The notes beneath the pieces were generated by a model. That model was given only the letters and a program-made list of their open reading frames with translations. It made no database searches and was not told where the DNA came from. A stretch of DNA of 64,000 nt, from assembly GCF_009914755.1 (NCBI RefSeq), contig NC_060931.1. One strand, written 5' to 3'. Position numbers and translations under genes: made by a program. Numbering within the stretch: the first letter of the stretch is position 1; every line of letters starts with the position of its first letter. This DNA comes from the human T2T-CHM13v2.0 reference genome, Homo sapiens. Positions 38,560 to 51,351 of this stretch are shown here, piece after piece.

Positions 38560-38830
38560 AAAATATGAAAATGAAATTATGTGAAATATGGAGGATAGAA
38601 AGAGGTCTAACATAAGTCTAATTAGATTTCTGAACAAAAGAATAGAGACAATGGGAGAGAGGCACCATTTGAAGAAATAATAGGTGAGGATTTTCTAGTG
38701 TTAAGACTGTTGCTTCCTTCAATTGAAGAAACATTACATTTATTGAATATAATAAATGAGACATTCATACTTAGGCACTTTGTGTTGAAACCAAGAATTC
38801 CAAAAACAAACTCTTAAAAGAAACAAGGTG
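38560..38830 (+). mobile_element. Ancient L1M ORF1 fragment
   Basis: gaggtctaacataagtctaattagattt...atttgaagaaataataggtgaggattttc. Confidence 0.55.
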
Positions 38831-38854
38831 GCAGGTCACCACAAAGTAAGAAAT

Positions 38855-39058
38855 ACACCTGCATCTGTTCACAATAATAGCCACTAGCCACTTGTAGCAT
38901 CTAAAATTAAATGTAAATATGTTAAAATCAAATCAAATTATAATTTTTTTCTCAGCAGCCACTAGCAACATTTCAAGAGTACAAGAACCTTCTGTTTCAG
39001 GCAGCACAGATACAAAACATTTTCATTGTTGCAGAAAGTTTAATTTGGCAGTGATGAA
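38855..39058. mobile_element. MER3-like hAT-Charlie element
   Basis: tagccactagccacttgtagc...ccactagcaacatttcaag...acattttcattgttgcagaaagtt. Confidence 0.7.
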
Positions 39059-40337
39059 TTAGACCAAAGACCAACTTCTTGACAGCAAGAATATAAACAG
39101 AATCCAGTAAAATGAAAGAACATAATGAATCAAAATGCATTAATAGGTCAATAGTTGTTATATATAGACACAGAATTATAGGTTAAGTTTTATTTTTTCT
39201 TAATCCTTCCTGTACTTTCCAAATCTTGCGCTATGATCGTGTGTTAGATTATCAGACAATTAAATAATAAACGGGATATAAACTCTTAAGACAAAAGCCT
39301 TTCTCTTCACATTTCAAACTAGCATTTTTTGAGTTTGCTCCATTTTAATATATGCAACTGGGATAAACTGTTTTTTCCTTAGGTTTTCCCGTTTTTTAAG
39401 TGACCATATCATAGAATTCATGTGAACAATAACTATGAAGTGCTATGACACCATCAAAATTCTAAGTATTATGTATATAATACTTAAAAATTTATGTATA
39501 AATTACTGTGCTTCATATAAACCAATGCACTACCAATATATACAAAAAGACATGGAACTCATTTATTGCTTTTAAATGTTTCATCTTCCTTTAGACTAAT
39601 ATGAATCACAAATTAGAGTAGTTTGAATCATAACCTCACCAACTAGCAACTAGTTGACAATTTAATTTTCTCCATTTAAAATTAAATGACAATTTAACAA
39701 TACTAACCTAGGAAAACAATGAAAGAAAGTCCTCTCTAATTTTACATCAAAGTGATTTTTATTCTTGCAGACACCAGTTTAAAAAAATGGTCTAACTGTG
39801 CCTCTATGTTTGTATGTATCAATTATCTGTCTGCATGTACACATGCTTGCATGTACATATACACAAAAATGCTCATATACAGTGTATATTTTTTTCATTC
39901 ATTTCATTCAGTTTTTAAATTTACATCATCATATCAAAATGTTTTCAGAACTGCTGCACAGTCTTCACATTAATGCCTACCTTGTATTCCACTGGTTTTC
40001 TATGCCAGCATGTACTGAGTCATTTCTCTATTACATAGTTATATTCTCATTTGAATTTCCCTTCCCTGGAACAAAGTATCTCTTAGCTGAAAAAGTCTTA
40101 TTCTGTGAAAGAAAATGCTGCCTCTTCCATGCTATGTCTAAGATATGGCAGAATGTGCAAACTAGCAGAAAGCATCTGTATTTAGCCACAAGCATTGACT
40201 TCAGTCGGCCCCATGTAGATCTGTATTAGATGGGTTTCCCTGCTGCTTGCTGCCTCAGGCTTCCATGGGGAGCACCCAGAATACAGTATGTGCAGAGGTG
40301 TTCTTAATTTCACACTGAAGATGCTCACTCCTCTGCA

Positions 40338-40679
40338 CACATGGTCCGTGATGTCCCAACTTTACACTGGTGTAAAAATGATACACATTTCAGTGAGTAC
40401 CATACTTTGGGTACCCATACAATCATTCTTTTCACTTTCAGTACAGTATTTACTAAATTACTTGAGATATTCAGGACTTTATTATGAAATAGGTTTTATG
40501 TTAGATGATTTTGCCTAGCTGTAGGCTAATGTAAGTGTTCTGAGCACACTTAAGATAGGCTAGGATAAGTGATGATGCTTGGTAGGTTAGGTGCAATAAA
40601 TGCATCTTCAACTTACAGTATTTTAAACTTACAATAGGTTTATTGGGATGTAACCCCATCCTAAGTTGAGAAGCATTTG
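40338..40679 (-). mobile_element. MER47A-like (Tigger) DNA transposon
   Basis: gttagatgattttgcctagctgtaggctaatgtaagtgttctgagcac; terminus taaccccatcctaagttgagaagcatttg|ta. Confidence 0.85.
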
Positions 40680-41756
40680 TATTTGCTACTTGTTGATGTT
40701 TACTTCCTGTTTGCTAACACACTACCTGTGGTGTGGCTTCTGTCATCCACGATGTCTTTTGTGTCTTTTCAAGAACAACAAGGTTGATGCATAGCTAGAA
40801 CTGATAATATGTTCTTTTTAGTGGAAAATATCTTCTGTATATAACAAACTGCTAACTGCTCATACACAGCGAGTATTTTCATTTGTTAGTTTTCACTGGA
40901 AAATATTGTTTATCCTATAGGAATACATATATTTCTATATTCCTATCCCGATATGCCACTATAATTAAATCATCTTGGGTACAGTCTTTGTTTCATTACG
41001 CAGTGGTATTAGAAAACTTCTGAAAGTCCCCTGGCGGAGAAATGTCCCTAAGCATTTTGTTAATTAAGGGATAATTTCACTGAAGAGGAATATTGGAAGG
41101 AATTGCTTTCTTTCTCAGACATTTAAATATAAAAGCCGAGTTGAAGTCTTTGTTAATCTAGAATCTATTTTTCTTTCTAAGGCTATGCCAACATAAAACC
41201 ATATTTTCTTTAGTTAATGTAATACAGTACTGGGAGTGAAGGATGATAAAAACACCAGCATGTAACACATTTTTTTTTTTTTTGTCCACAGATTGTTAAA
41301 CGTCAAAAGCAACCTCACGCTATGGCTTATGTATTGAGCTGTGTGAGAGTTCACATGTCGACTTCCAATCTTCAAATTTTAGTTAATATATTGTTTGAGC
41401 TCCCTAGCGCTTCATGGGAAGTCCTCACTGGGAGACCTTATCTCCCTTTCAGCTGCTCTCGTTACATAGAAACTAAGCCACCATGAGCAATGTGCAGGTT
41501 CCCTCATGCCAGGGTGTTTTCTGCATGCCTTGCTGGCACAGCTTCTATGTTCCCTACATGCTCCTTACACCTGGGGAGCTCTAATCCTGTCAGTGCCAGG
41601 CACAGGTGAGTCTACTGACTCACACAGGAAGGGAGGATTATTCTCAGCTTCTTTCTAAGATTGAAACTTGACTACATCTCTATTAAAATAGAGATGGGTG
41701 GTGGTTGCCTGGTAAACCTATAGCCAGACAACTCTAGCCTATTTAGGAGTCATTAT

Positions 41757-42853
41757 TTTTTCTTTACTTTTTTTAAAAAAAATTTACTTTAAGTTCCAGG
41801 ATACAAGTGCAGAATGTGCAGGTTTGTTACTTAGGTATACATATGCCGTGGTGGTTTGCTGCACCTATTAACCTGTCATCTAGGTTTTAGGCCTTGCATG
41901 CATTAGGTATTTGTCCTAATGCTTTCCCTCCCCTTGCCCTCTACCCGCCAACAGGCCCAGGTGTGTGTTGTTCCCCTCCCTGTGTCCATGTGTTCTCATT
42001 GTTCAACTTCCACTTATGAGTGAGAACATGTGGTGTTTGGTTTTCTGTTCCTTTATGAGTTTGCTGAGGATGATGGCTTCCAGCTTCATCCATGTCCCTG
42101 CAAAAGGACATGATCTCGTTCTTTTTTATGGCTGCATAGTATTCCATGGAGTACATGTACCACATTTTCTTTTTCCAGTCTATCATTGATGGGCATTTGG
42201 GTTGGTTCCATGTCTTTGCTACCATAAATAGTGTTGCAATAAACATACGTGTGCATGTGTCTTTATAGTAGAATGATTTATTTTCCTTTGGGTATATACC
42301 CAGTAATTGGATTGCTGGATCAAATGATATTTCTGGTTCTAGATCTTTGAGGAATCACCACACGTCTTCCACAATGGTTGAACAAATTTACATTCCCACA
42401 AACAGTATAAAAGCGATTTTATTTCTCCACAGCCTCACCAGCATGTATTGTTTCCTGACATTTTAATAATCACCATTCTGACTGACGTGAGATGGTATCT
42501 CATTGTGGTTTTGATTTACATTTCTCTAAGGATCAGTGATGTTGAGCTTCTTTCATGTTTGTTGGCCAGTTGAATGTCTTCTTTTGAGAAATGTCTGTTC
42601 ATATCCTTTGCCCACTTTTTGATGGGATTGTTTGTTTCTTTCTTGTAAATTTGTTTAAGTTCCTTGAAAATTCTGGATATTAGACCTTTGTCAGGTGGGT
42701 AGATTGCAAAAATTTTCTCCCATTCTTTAGGTTCCCTGTTCAGTCTGATGCTAGTTTCTTTTGCTGTGCAGAAGCTCTTTAGTTTAATTAAACCGCATTT
42801 GTCAATTTTGAATTTTGTTGCCATTGCTTTTGGTGTTTTAGTCATGAAGTCTT
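41757..42853 (-). mobile_element. 5'-truncated L1PA (about L1PA7-8), ~1.1 kb
   Basis: L1PA 3' UTR; ORF2p C-terminal peptides ([28 protein letters not shown]). Confidence 0.93.
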
Positions 42854-42984
42854 CATAGGCAGATGAAGCATAGCTAACATTTCTGTCCTATGCTTACCAC
42901 AAAGTAGCTGAATATTTATTTTTATAGAAAATTCTGCGTTTCATATATTTTCTTCTTTACCAAACTCTTTGAAGTCTCTATTTT

Positions 42985-43279
42985 TCTTTTTTTTGGAAAT
43001 GGAGTCTCGCTCTGTTGCCCAGGCTGGATTGCAGTGGTGCGATGTCAGCTCATTGCAACCTCTCCCCAACCTGATTCAAATGATTCTCATGTCTCAGCCT
43101 CCAGAGTAGCTGGGAGTACAGGCGCCTGCCACCATACCTGGCTAATTTTTGTATTTTTAGTAGAGACGGGGTTTCATCATGTTGGCCAGGCTGGTTTTGA
43201 ACTCCTGGCCTCAAGTGATCCGCCCCCCCTCAGCCTCCCAAAGTGCTGGGATTACAGGCGTGAGCCACCAAGCCTGGTC
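42985..43279 (-). mobile_element. AluS
   Basis: Full reverse dimer with T tail. Confidence 0.93.
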
Positions 43280-43387
43280 TCTACTTTCTTTTTTATCTTT
43301 GAGTAACAAATCTCTTAATTTATGTGTGTGTTGTTGTTTATTCTTCTTTTTTCAGTGGATGATGCCACTGGCTGAATAATACTGTGA

Positions 43388-43497
43388 ATCCATCTATTTA
43401 TCTATCTACGTACCTACATACCTATCTATCTCATCTATCTATCTTTTTAATCTATCCATCCGTCTGTCCATCCATCCGTCCATCCATCCATCCATCT
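43388..43497. repeat. (TCTA)n/(TCCA)n degenerate tetranucleotide repeat
   Basis: Seen directly. Confidence 0.85.
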
Positions 43498-46400
43498 GCT
43501 TGGCAGACCTGCACAGGTCATCCATGTTATGTCACCTCCCCACACTATCAGTGTGCACCAACTGTCATCCCAGGCAGATACTGTTTTTAATAATTTTACA
43601 GATAAGACTAATAGAGGCCAACTGAAAATTTTTTTTACCTTCCAGCTCTTTACTGAGCATTCTATTTTAGTCATATTTCTAAATATTTCAAGAATTATTT
43701 TTTCTCTCTTGACTTATTTATGAAAAAAATGGCATCCTACTTTTTAGAAATGCAATATCTAGATAAATCATTTTTTCTTTAAATATTGATGTATTTTTCT
43801 TTTAAATTAGTTTATCTGCATTGTTTCAGCTACCTGAATTTTCTGGAGTTTTTTGTTTGTTTTTGTATTGTTCATGTCATATATTTCCTTCAAATAGCTA
43901 ATGTTTTGTGATTGTCTACTCCTACTTAATATGTGAGCATTAAAATCCTTAATGAAAACCCTTGGTATATGGCTAGGGCTTACTGACTGTTCACTATAGA
44001 GTGAGCTATCATTTTGATAGAATTTGGTGAGGCAATAAAAGTAAAATGTACATTTAAACTTCATCTTTAATTAGATGTCTAGATTAATTAAAACCACTTT
44101 TGCATTGCCACTATAATCCCATGTGATTATGTTGTATTCCTTTGAATTTTTCAAAAATTTGAATTTCCAGAATCAATAGTGAAATATTTTTGAGTTACAG
44201 ACACATAAATCTAAGGATTATTAGATCTGTCCTTTTTCTCTTCAGTCTTGATAATGTTCTTTGATTTTAGATTTAGACTGCTTTTAGGTTATTACTTTAT
44301 TATTTTTTCTTTTCAAATAAATTCGTATGTATTGCACTCTTTTTTTTTTTAAGATATATGTCTGTTTTAATTTGTTTCTACTGACCACCAACTTTTTCAT
44401 TCATTATAATAATGCTTAATTCCCAGTTTGGTAAAATTAATCTTAGTTGTGTTTTATTTTTGTAACAAAGGATGACTGCAGTGAGAGATTCCCTGTCCTG
44501 ATTCCCTGACTACCAGAGAGTAGGTTTCAGCCTTCCCTTCTGAAAGACAAGAATGCACATGCCATTCTAAGGTCACACATTTTCTCACCAGACTCTGGGC
44601 ATTATCCTACTGTCTTCTGACAGTCAGCATGCAATGGAGAGGTCCAAGGCAGCCTCACTTTGATTCTTGTTCAGATATTTACATGTTTTATGTTCTTTCC
44701 TCTGAAGTTAACCAAAAAAAGCAAGAAAACAAAACCCATTAAACTCCTTGTCAAATCATCAAGGCTTAGTAGTATTTTCATTTGTCCTTTTAGCCTTTAT
44801 TCATAGTTTTGTTTTTAATTTAAGAAAATAATTTTGGTTTCCTTGCAGTCCTTACTAATTTTAACCTATTAACCTGTTGTTCTCATTCTGGAGGGCCTTA
44901 AAAAAAAAGTTACAATTTTATCTCAGACATTCCTTTCCTTGGGTTTTATGTTTCTATTTCATTGAGGCTGCTTCATCTTGCATTCTTCTGGAAATACCAG
45001 TGTCTTTCCTTAATATTCAGATACATGTTTTGCTGAATCTTAGAGATTTTGTTCCTTTTCCACTGTTTATTTTTAGAGGATGTTGTTTTACTCATCTAAG
45101 AAAATGTAAACTTTTTATTAAGTTGATGTTGATCAACAGCAATGGACAGTAGAATTCTCTCTGCTTACTTTGGTGGTGGTTGGATACAGAATTTGGACCT
45201 ACAACATAGGTTGAATAGAAATGTATAGGTCTTAGTTCAGTCTTGGTTTTTAGCAAGGTTTTACTTTGTACTTCCTTTGTATTGTAGGAGCATTGTTCCT
45301 CACCTTTGTTGCCTTTTTTTTTTTTAGAAAAAAATATGTATTGACAAATTATAATTGTATATATTTACGGGGTACAAAGTAATGTTATGATTTAAGTTGT
45401 TTAATTTTTAATATTTGTTGGTACATAAGAGTTATATATATTTATGGGGTACATGAGATACTTTGATATAGGCGTACAGTGCATAATAATCACATCATGA
45501 CAAATGGGGTATCTGCCCCCTCAAACACTTATCCTTTTTGTTATAACAATCCAATTATACTATTAGTTATTTTAAAATGTATAATTAAGTTATTATTGAC
45601 TGTTATGCTATAAAATACTAGGTCTTATTCATTCTTTACAACTACTTCTTGTACCCATTAATCATCCCCACTTCCCTCCCTACACACCCACTACCCTCCC
45701 CAGCCTCTGGTAACTATCCTTCTATTCTCTTTCTCCATGAATTCAATTGTTTTAATTTTTAGCTCCCACAAATAAGTGAGAATATATGAAGTTTGTCTTT
45801 CTGTACTTGGTTTATTTCACTTAACACAATGACCACCAGTTCCATACATGTTGCAAATAATGGGATTCTCTTTTATGGCTGAATAGCACTCCACTGTGTA
45901 TATGTGCCACATTTTCTTTATCTATTCATCTGCTGATGGACACTTAGGTTACTTCCAAATCTTACCTATTGTGAACAGTGCTGTGATAAATGTGGGAGTG
46001 CAGATATCCCTTTTACATGCTGATTTCCTTTCTTTTGGGTATATACCTAGGAGTGAGATTGCTAGGTCCTTTGGTAGCTCTATTTTTAGTTTTGAGGAAC
46101 TTCCAAACTTTTCTCCATAGTGACTACCAATTTACATTCCTACTAACAGTGTATGAGGGTTCCCTTTTCTCTGCATCCTCTCTAGCATTTGTTGCTTGTT
46201 GCCTGTCTTTTGGATAAAAGCCATTTTAACTGGGGTGAGATATCTTTTTGTAGTTTTGGTTTGCATTTCTCTGATGATGAGTGATGTTGGGAACTTTTTC
46301 GTATACCTGTTTGTCATTTGTATGCCTTCTTTTGCAAAATGTCTATTCAGATTTTTTGCCCATTTTTAAATCAAATTATTAGATTTTTCCTGTATATCTG

Positions 46401-49400
46401 TTTGAACTTGTTATGTATTCTGGTTACTAATCCCTTTTCAGATGGATAGTTTGCAAATATTTTCTCCCATGCTTTGGGCTGTCTCTTCACTTTGTTGGTT
46501 ATTTCTTTTCCAGTGCAGAAGTTTTTTAACTTGATGTGATCCCATTTGTCTGTTTTTGCTTTGGATCACTTGTGTTCGTGGGGTATTACTCAAGAAATTT
46601 TTGCCCAGACCAATGTCCTGGAGAGTTTTCCAAAGTAATAGTAATAGTAACTGTTCAAGTAATAGTTTCATATTTTGAGGTGTTAGATTTAATTCTTTCA
46701 TTCATTTGGTTTTACCTTTTTATATGATGAGAAAATAGGGGTCTAGTTTCATTCCTCTGCATATGGATATCCAGTTTTCCCAGAACCATTTATTGAAGAC
46801 CATCTTCTTCTGAATGTATGTTCTTGACACCTTTGTCAAAAATGAATTTCCTATGGGTGTATGGATTTGTTTCTGGGATTTCTATTCTGTCGCATTGGCC
46901 TATGTGCCTGTTTTTATGCCAGTACCATGCTGTTTTGGTTACTATGGCTCTGTAGTATATTTTGAAGTCAGGTAAAGTGATTCCTCTAGTTTTGTTCTTT
47001 TTGCTTAGGATAGCTTTGTCTATTTTGGGTCTTTTGTGGTTTCATATAAATTTTAGGGTTGTTTTCTCTATTTCTGTAAGAATGCCATTGGTATTTTGAT
47101 AGGGATTGTATTGAATCTGTAGATTGTTTTGGGAAATATGGATATTCTAACAATATTGATTCTTCCAATTCATGAATATGGAATATCTTTCCATTTTTTT
47201 ATTCCTTCTTTGATTTCTTTCACCAATGTTTTGCCATTTTTATTGTAGAGATCTCTCACTTCTTTGGTTGGGTTAATTTCTAGATATTTAATCTTATTTG
47301 TGGTTATATTAAATGGGATTACTTTCTTGATTTCTTTTTCAGATTGTTCACTGTTGTCATGTAGAAATGCTACTGATTTTTGTATGTTGATTTTGTATCT
47401 TGAAACTTTAATTTGTTTATCAGTTCTAGTAGTTTTTTGTGCTAGAGTGTTTAGATTTTTTTCAAATATAAGATAATATTATCTGCAGCAAGGATAATTT
47501 GAGTTCTTCCTTTCTAGTGTGGATGCCCTTTATTATTATTATTTATTATTATTATTATTATTATTATTTGATTGCTCTGGCTAGAAGTTCCAGTACTATG
47601 TTAAATAACAGTGGTGAAGGTGTCCTTGTTGTGTTTTAGATCTTAGAGGAAAGGCTTTCAGGTTTTCCCTCATTCAGTGTGATACTAGCTGTGGGTCTGT
47701 TGTATATGACTTTTATTATGTTAAGGGATGTTCCCCAGTTTTTTGAGGGTTTTTAATCATAAAGGGATGTTGAATTTACTGAATACTTTTTCAGTATCAA
47801 TTGAAATGATTATATGGTGTTTATCCTTCATTCTGTTGTTATGATGTATCACATTGATTGATTTGTATATGTTGAAACATCCTTACATCCCTAGGATAAA
47901 TTTCACTTGGTCATGATGAATGATCTTTTTAATTCATTGTTGAATTCAGTTTGCTTGTATGTTGTTGAGGATTTTTGCATCAACATTCATCAGAGATATT
48001 GGCACATAGTTTTCTTTTTTTGATATATTGTCTGATGTGGGTATTAAGGTAATACTGGCCTCATAGATTGAGTTTGGAAGTAGTCTCTCCTCTTCTACTT
48101 TTCAGAATAGTTTGAGTAGGATTGGTATTAATTTGTTAAACATTTGGTAGAATTCAGCAGTGAAATCATTGGGTCCCAGGCTTTATTTTTTGCTGGGATA
48201 TTTTATTATGGCTTCAATCTTGTTACTTGTTATTCACATGTTCAGATTTTGAATTTCTTCATGGTTCAATCTTGGTAGGTTGTATGTGTCTAGGAATTTA
48301 TCCATTTCCTCTAGATTTTCCATTTATGGGCATATAGTAGCCACTAATGATCCTTTGAATTGCTGTGGTATCAGTTGTAATTTCTCCTTTTTCATCTCTG
48401 ATTTTATTTATTTAGGTTTTCCCTCTTTTTTTCTCAGTCTGGCTACAGGTTTGTCAATTTTATTTATCTTTTCAAAAAACAAATTTTTATTTTATTGATC
48501 GTTTATATTATTTTCTTTATTTCACATTCATTTATTTCTGTTTTAATCTTTATTTATTTTTTACCAATTTTGGGTTTGGTTTGCTCTTGCTTTTCTAGTT
48601 CTTTAATATGATTATTAGGTTCTTTATTTGACATTTTTCTTCTTTTTTGTTGTAGCCATTTATAGCTATAAATTTTCTTCTTGGTACTGCTTTTGCTGTA
48701 TTTCATAGATTTTGGTATGTTGTGCTCTCATTAGCATTTAAATAAATTTTTCAATTTCTTTCTTAATTTCTTTACTAATCTACTGGTTATTTGTGATCAT
48801 ATTGTTTAATTTCCATGTGTCTCTGTAATTTCCAAAATTCTTCTTGTTCTTGATTTCTAGCTTTATTCTCTTGTGGTCAGGGAAGATATTTGTTATTATT
48901 TCAAAGTTTTTGAATCTTTTAAGATTTGTTTTGTGATCTCATGTATGTTCTTTCCTTGACAGTGATCTACGTGCTGAGAAGGAGAATATATATTCTGAAG
49001 CTGTGGAGGGAAAGGTTCTGCAGTATCTGTTAGATCCATTTGTTCTATAGTACAGATTAAGTCCAATGTTTCTTTGTTGATTTTCTGTTTATAATATCTG
49101 TTCAGTGCTGCAAGTGGGGCATTGAAGTCCCCAGGTATTGTTATATTGAGGTCTATCTCTCTCTTTATCTCTCATAATATTTGCTTTATATATCTGAGTG
49201 CTCCTGTGTTGGGTACATAAATATTTACAATTGTTTTACCTTCTTGCTGAATTGACCCTTTTATCGTGATGTAATGACCTTCTTTGTCTCTTCTTATGGA
49301 TTTTGTCTTGAAATCCATTTTGTCTGATATAAATATAGCTACTCATGCTACATTTTGGTTTCCATTTGCATGGAATATAGTTTTTCCATCCCTTTATTTT

Positions 49401-50427
49401 CAGTCTATGTGTATTTTTATAGGAAAAATGTATTTCTTGTAGGCAGCAGATCATTGAGTCTTGTACATTTTTTTTCATTTGGCCACTCTGTTTTTTGATT
49501 GGAGAGTTTTGTCAACTTACACTCAATATTATTGATAAAAAAGGATTTACTCCTGCTATGTTATTGTTTTCTGTTTGTTTTGGCATCTTCTCATCTTTCT
49601 TTTATTCCTTTATTGAAGATGATTTTCTCTGGTTGTATGATTTAATTTTCTGCTTTTTATTTTGTTGTTTATCTGTTGTATGTTCATTGATTTGAGTTAC
49701 CGTGAAGCTTGCAAATACTATTGTATAACCCACTATTTTAAATTGATGACAACTTAACAGTGATTGCATAAACAAACAGGCAAAAGGAAACTACTAAAAA
49801 CTCTAGGTTTTAATCTTGTCCTCCAGCTTCTTAACTTTTTTTGTTTCTCTTTAAGTTTTTTGTACTATCTATGTCTTCAAAAGTTATTGTAGTTATTATT
49901 TTTGATTGGGTTCATCACTTAGTCTTTCTACTTGATAAGAGTAGTTTACACACCACAATTACAGTATTATAATATTCTGTATTTTTCTGTGTGCTCACTA
50001 TTACCAGTGAGCTTTACACTTTCAGATAATTTCTTATTGCTCATGAACAACCTTTTCTTTCAGATTGAACAAATGTTTTTAGCATTTCTTGTAGGACAGG
50101 TCTGTTATTGATGAAATCATTCGGCTTTTCTTTGACTGGGAAAGTCTTTTTTTTTCCCTTCATGTTTGATAGATATTTTCACTGGATATACTCTTGTAGG
50201 ATAAAAGTTTTTTCTATCAACACTTTAAATATGTCTTGCCATTCCCTTTTTGCCTGTAAGGTTTCCACTGAAAGTCTGCTGCCAGACATATTGGAGCTTC
50301 ATTGTATGTTATTTGTTTCCTTTCTCTTGCTGCTTTTAGAATCCTTTTTTTATTCTTGACCTTTGGGAGTTTGATTATTAAATGGCTCAGAGTAGTCTTC
50401 TTTTGGTTAAATCTGCTTGGTGTTCTA

Positions 50428-50524
50428 TTTGTTTGGTGCAAAAGTAATCACGGTTTTTGACATTAAAAGTAATTACTTTTGGCAATTAAAAGTAATTACC
50501 ACAATTACATTTGCACCAACGTAA
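50428..50524. mobile_element. MADE1 (Hsmar1-derived MITE), expanded to 97 bp
   Basis: Inverted termini ttggtgcaaaagtaat / attacatttgcaccaa, flanked by TA on both sides. Confidence 0.92.
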
Positions 50525-50839
50525 TATAACCTTCTTGTACTTAAATGTTGATATCCTTCTCTCAGTTTGGTAAGTTCTCTGATATTATCCCTTTGAATAA
50601 ACTTCCTGCCTCTATCTCTTTCTCTTCCTCCACTTTAAGGTCAATAACTCTTAGATTTGCCCTTTCGAGGCTATTTTCTAAATCTTATATGCGTGCTTCA
50701 TTCTTGTCTGTTCTTTGTTCTTTTGCCTCCTCTGACTGTATTTTTAAGTAGCCTGTCTTCAAGCTCATCAATTCTTTCTTCTGCTTGATCAATTATACTG
50801 TTAAGAGGCTCTGATGCATTCTTTAGTATGTCAATTGTA

Positions 50840-51351
<512 letters not shown>

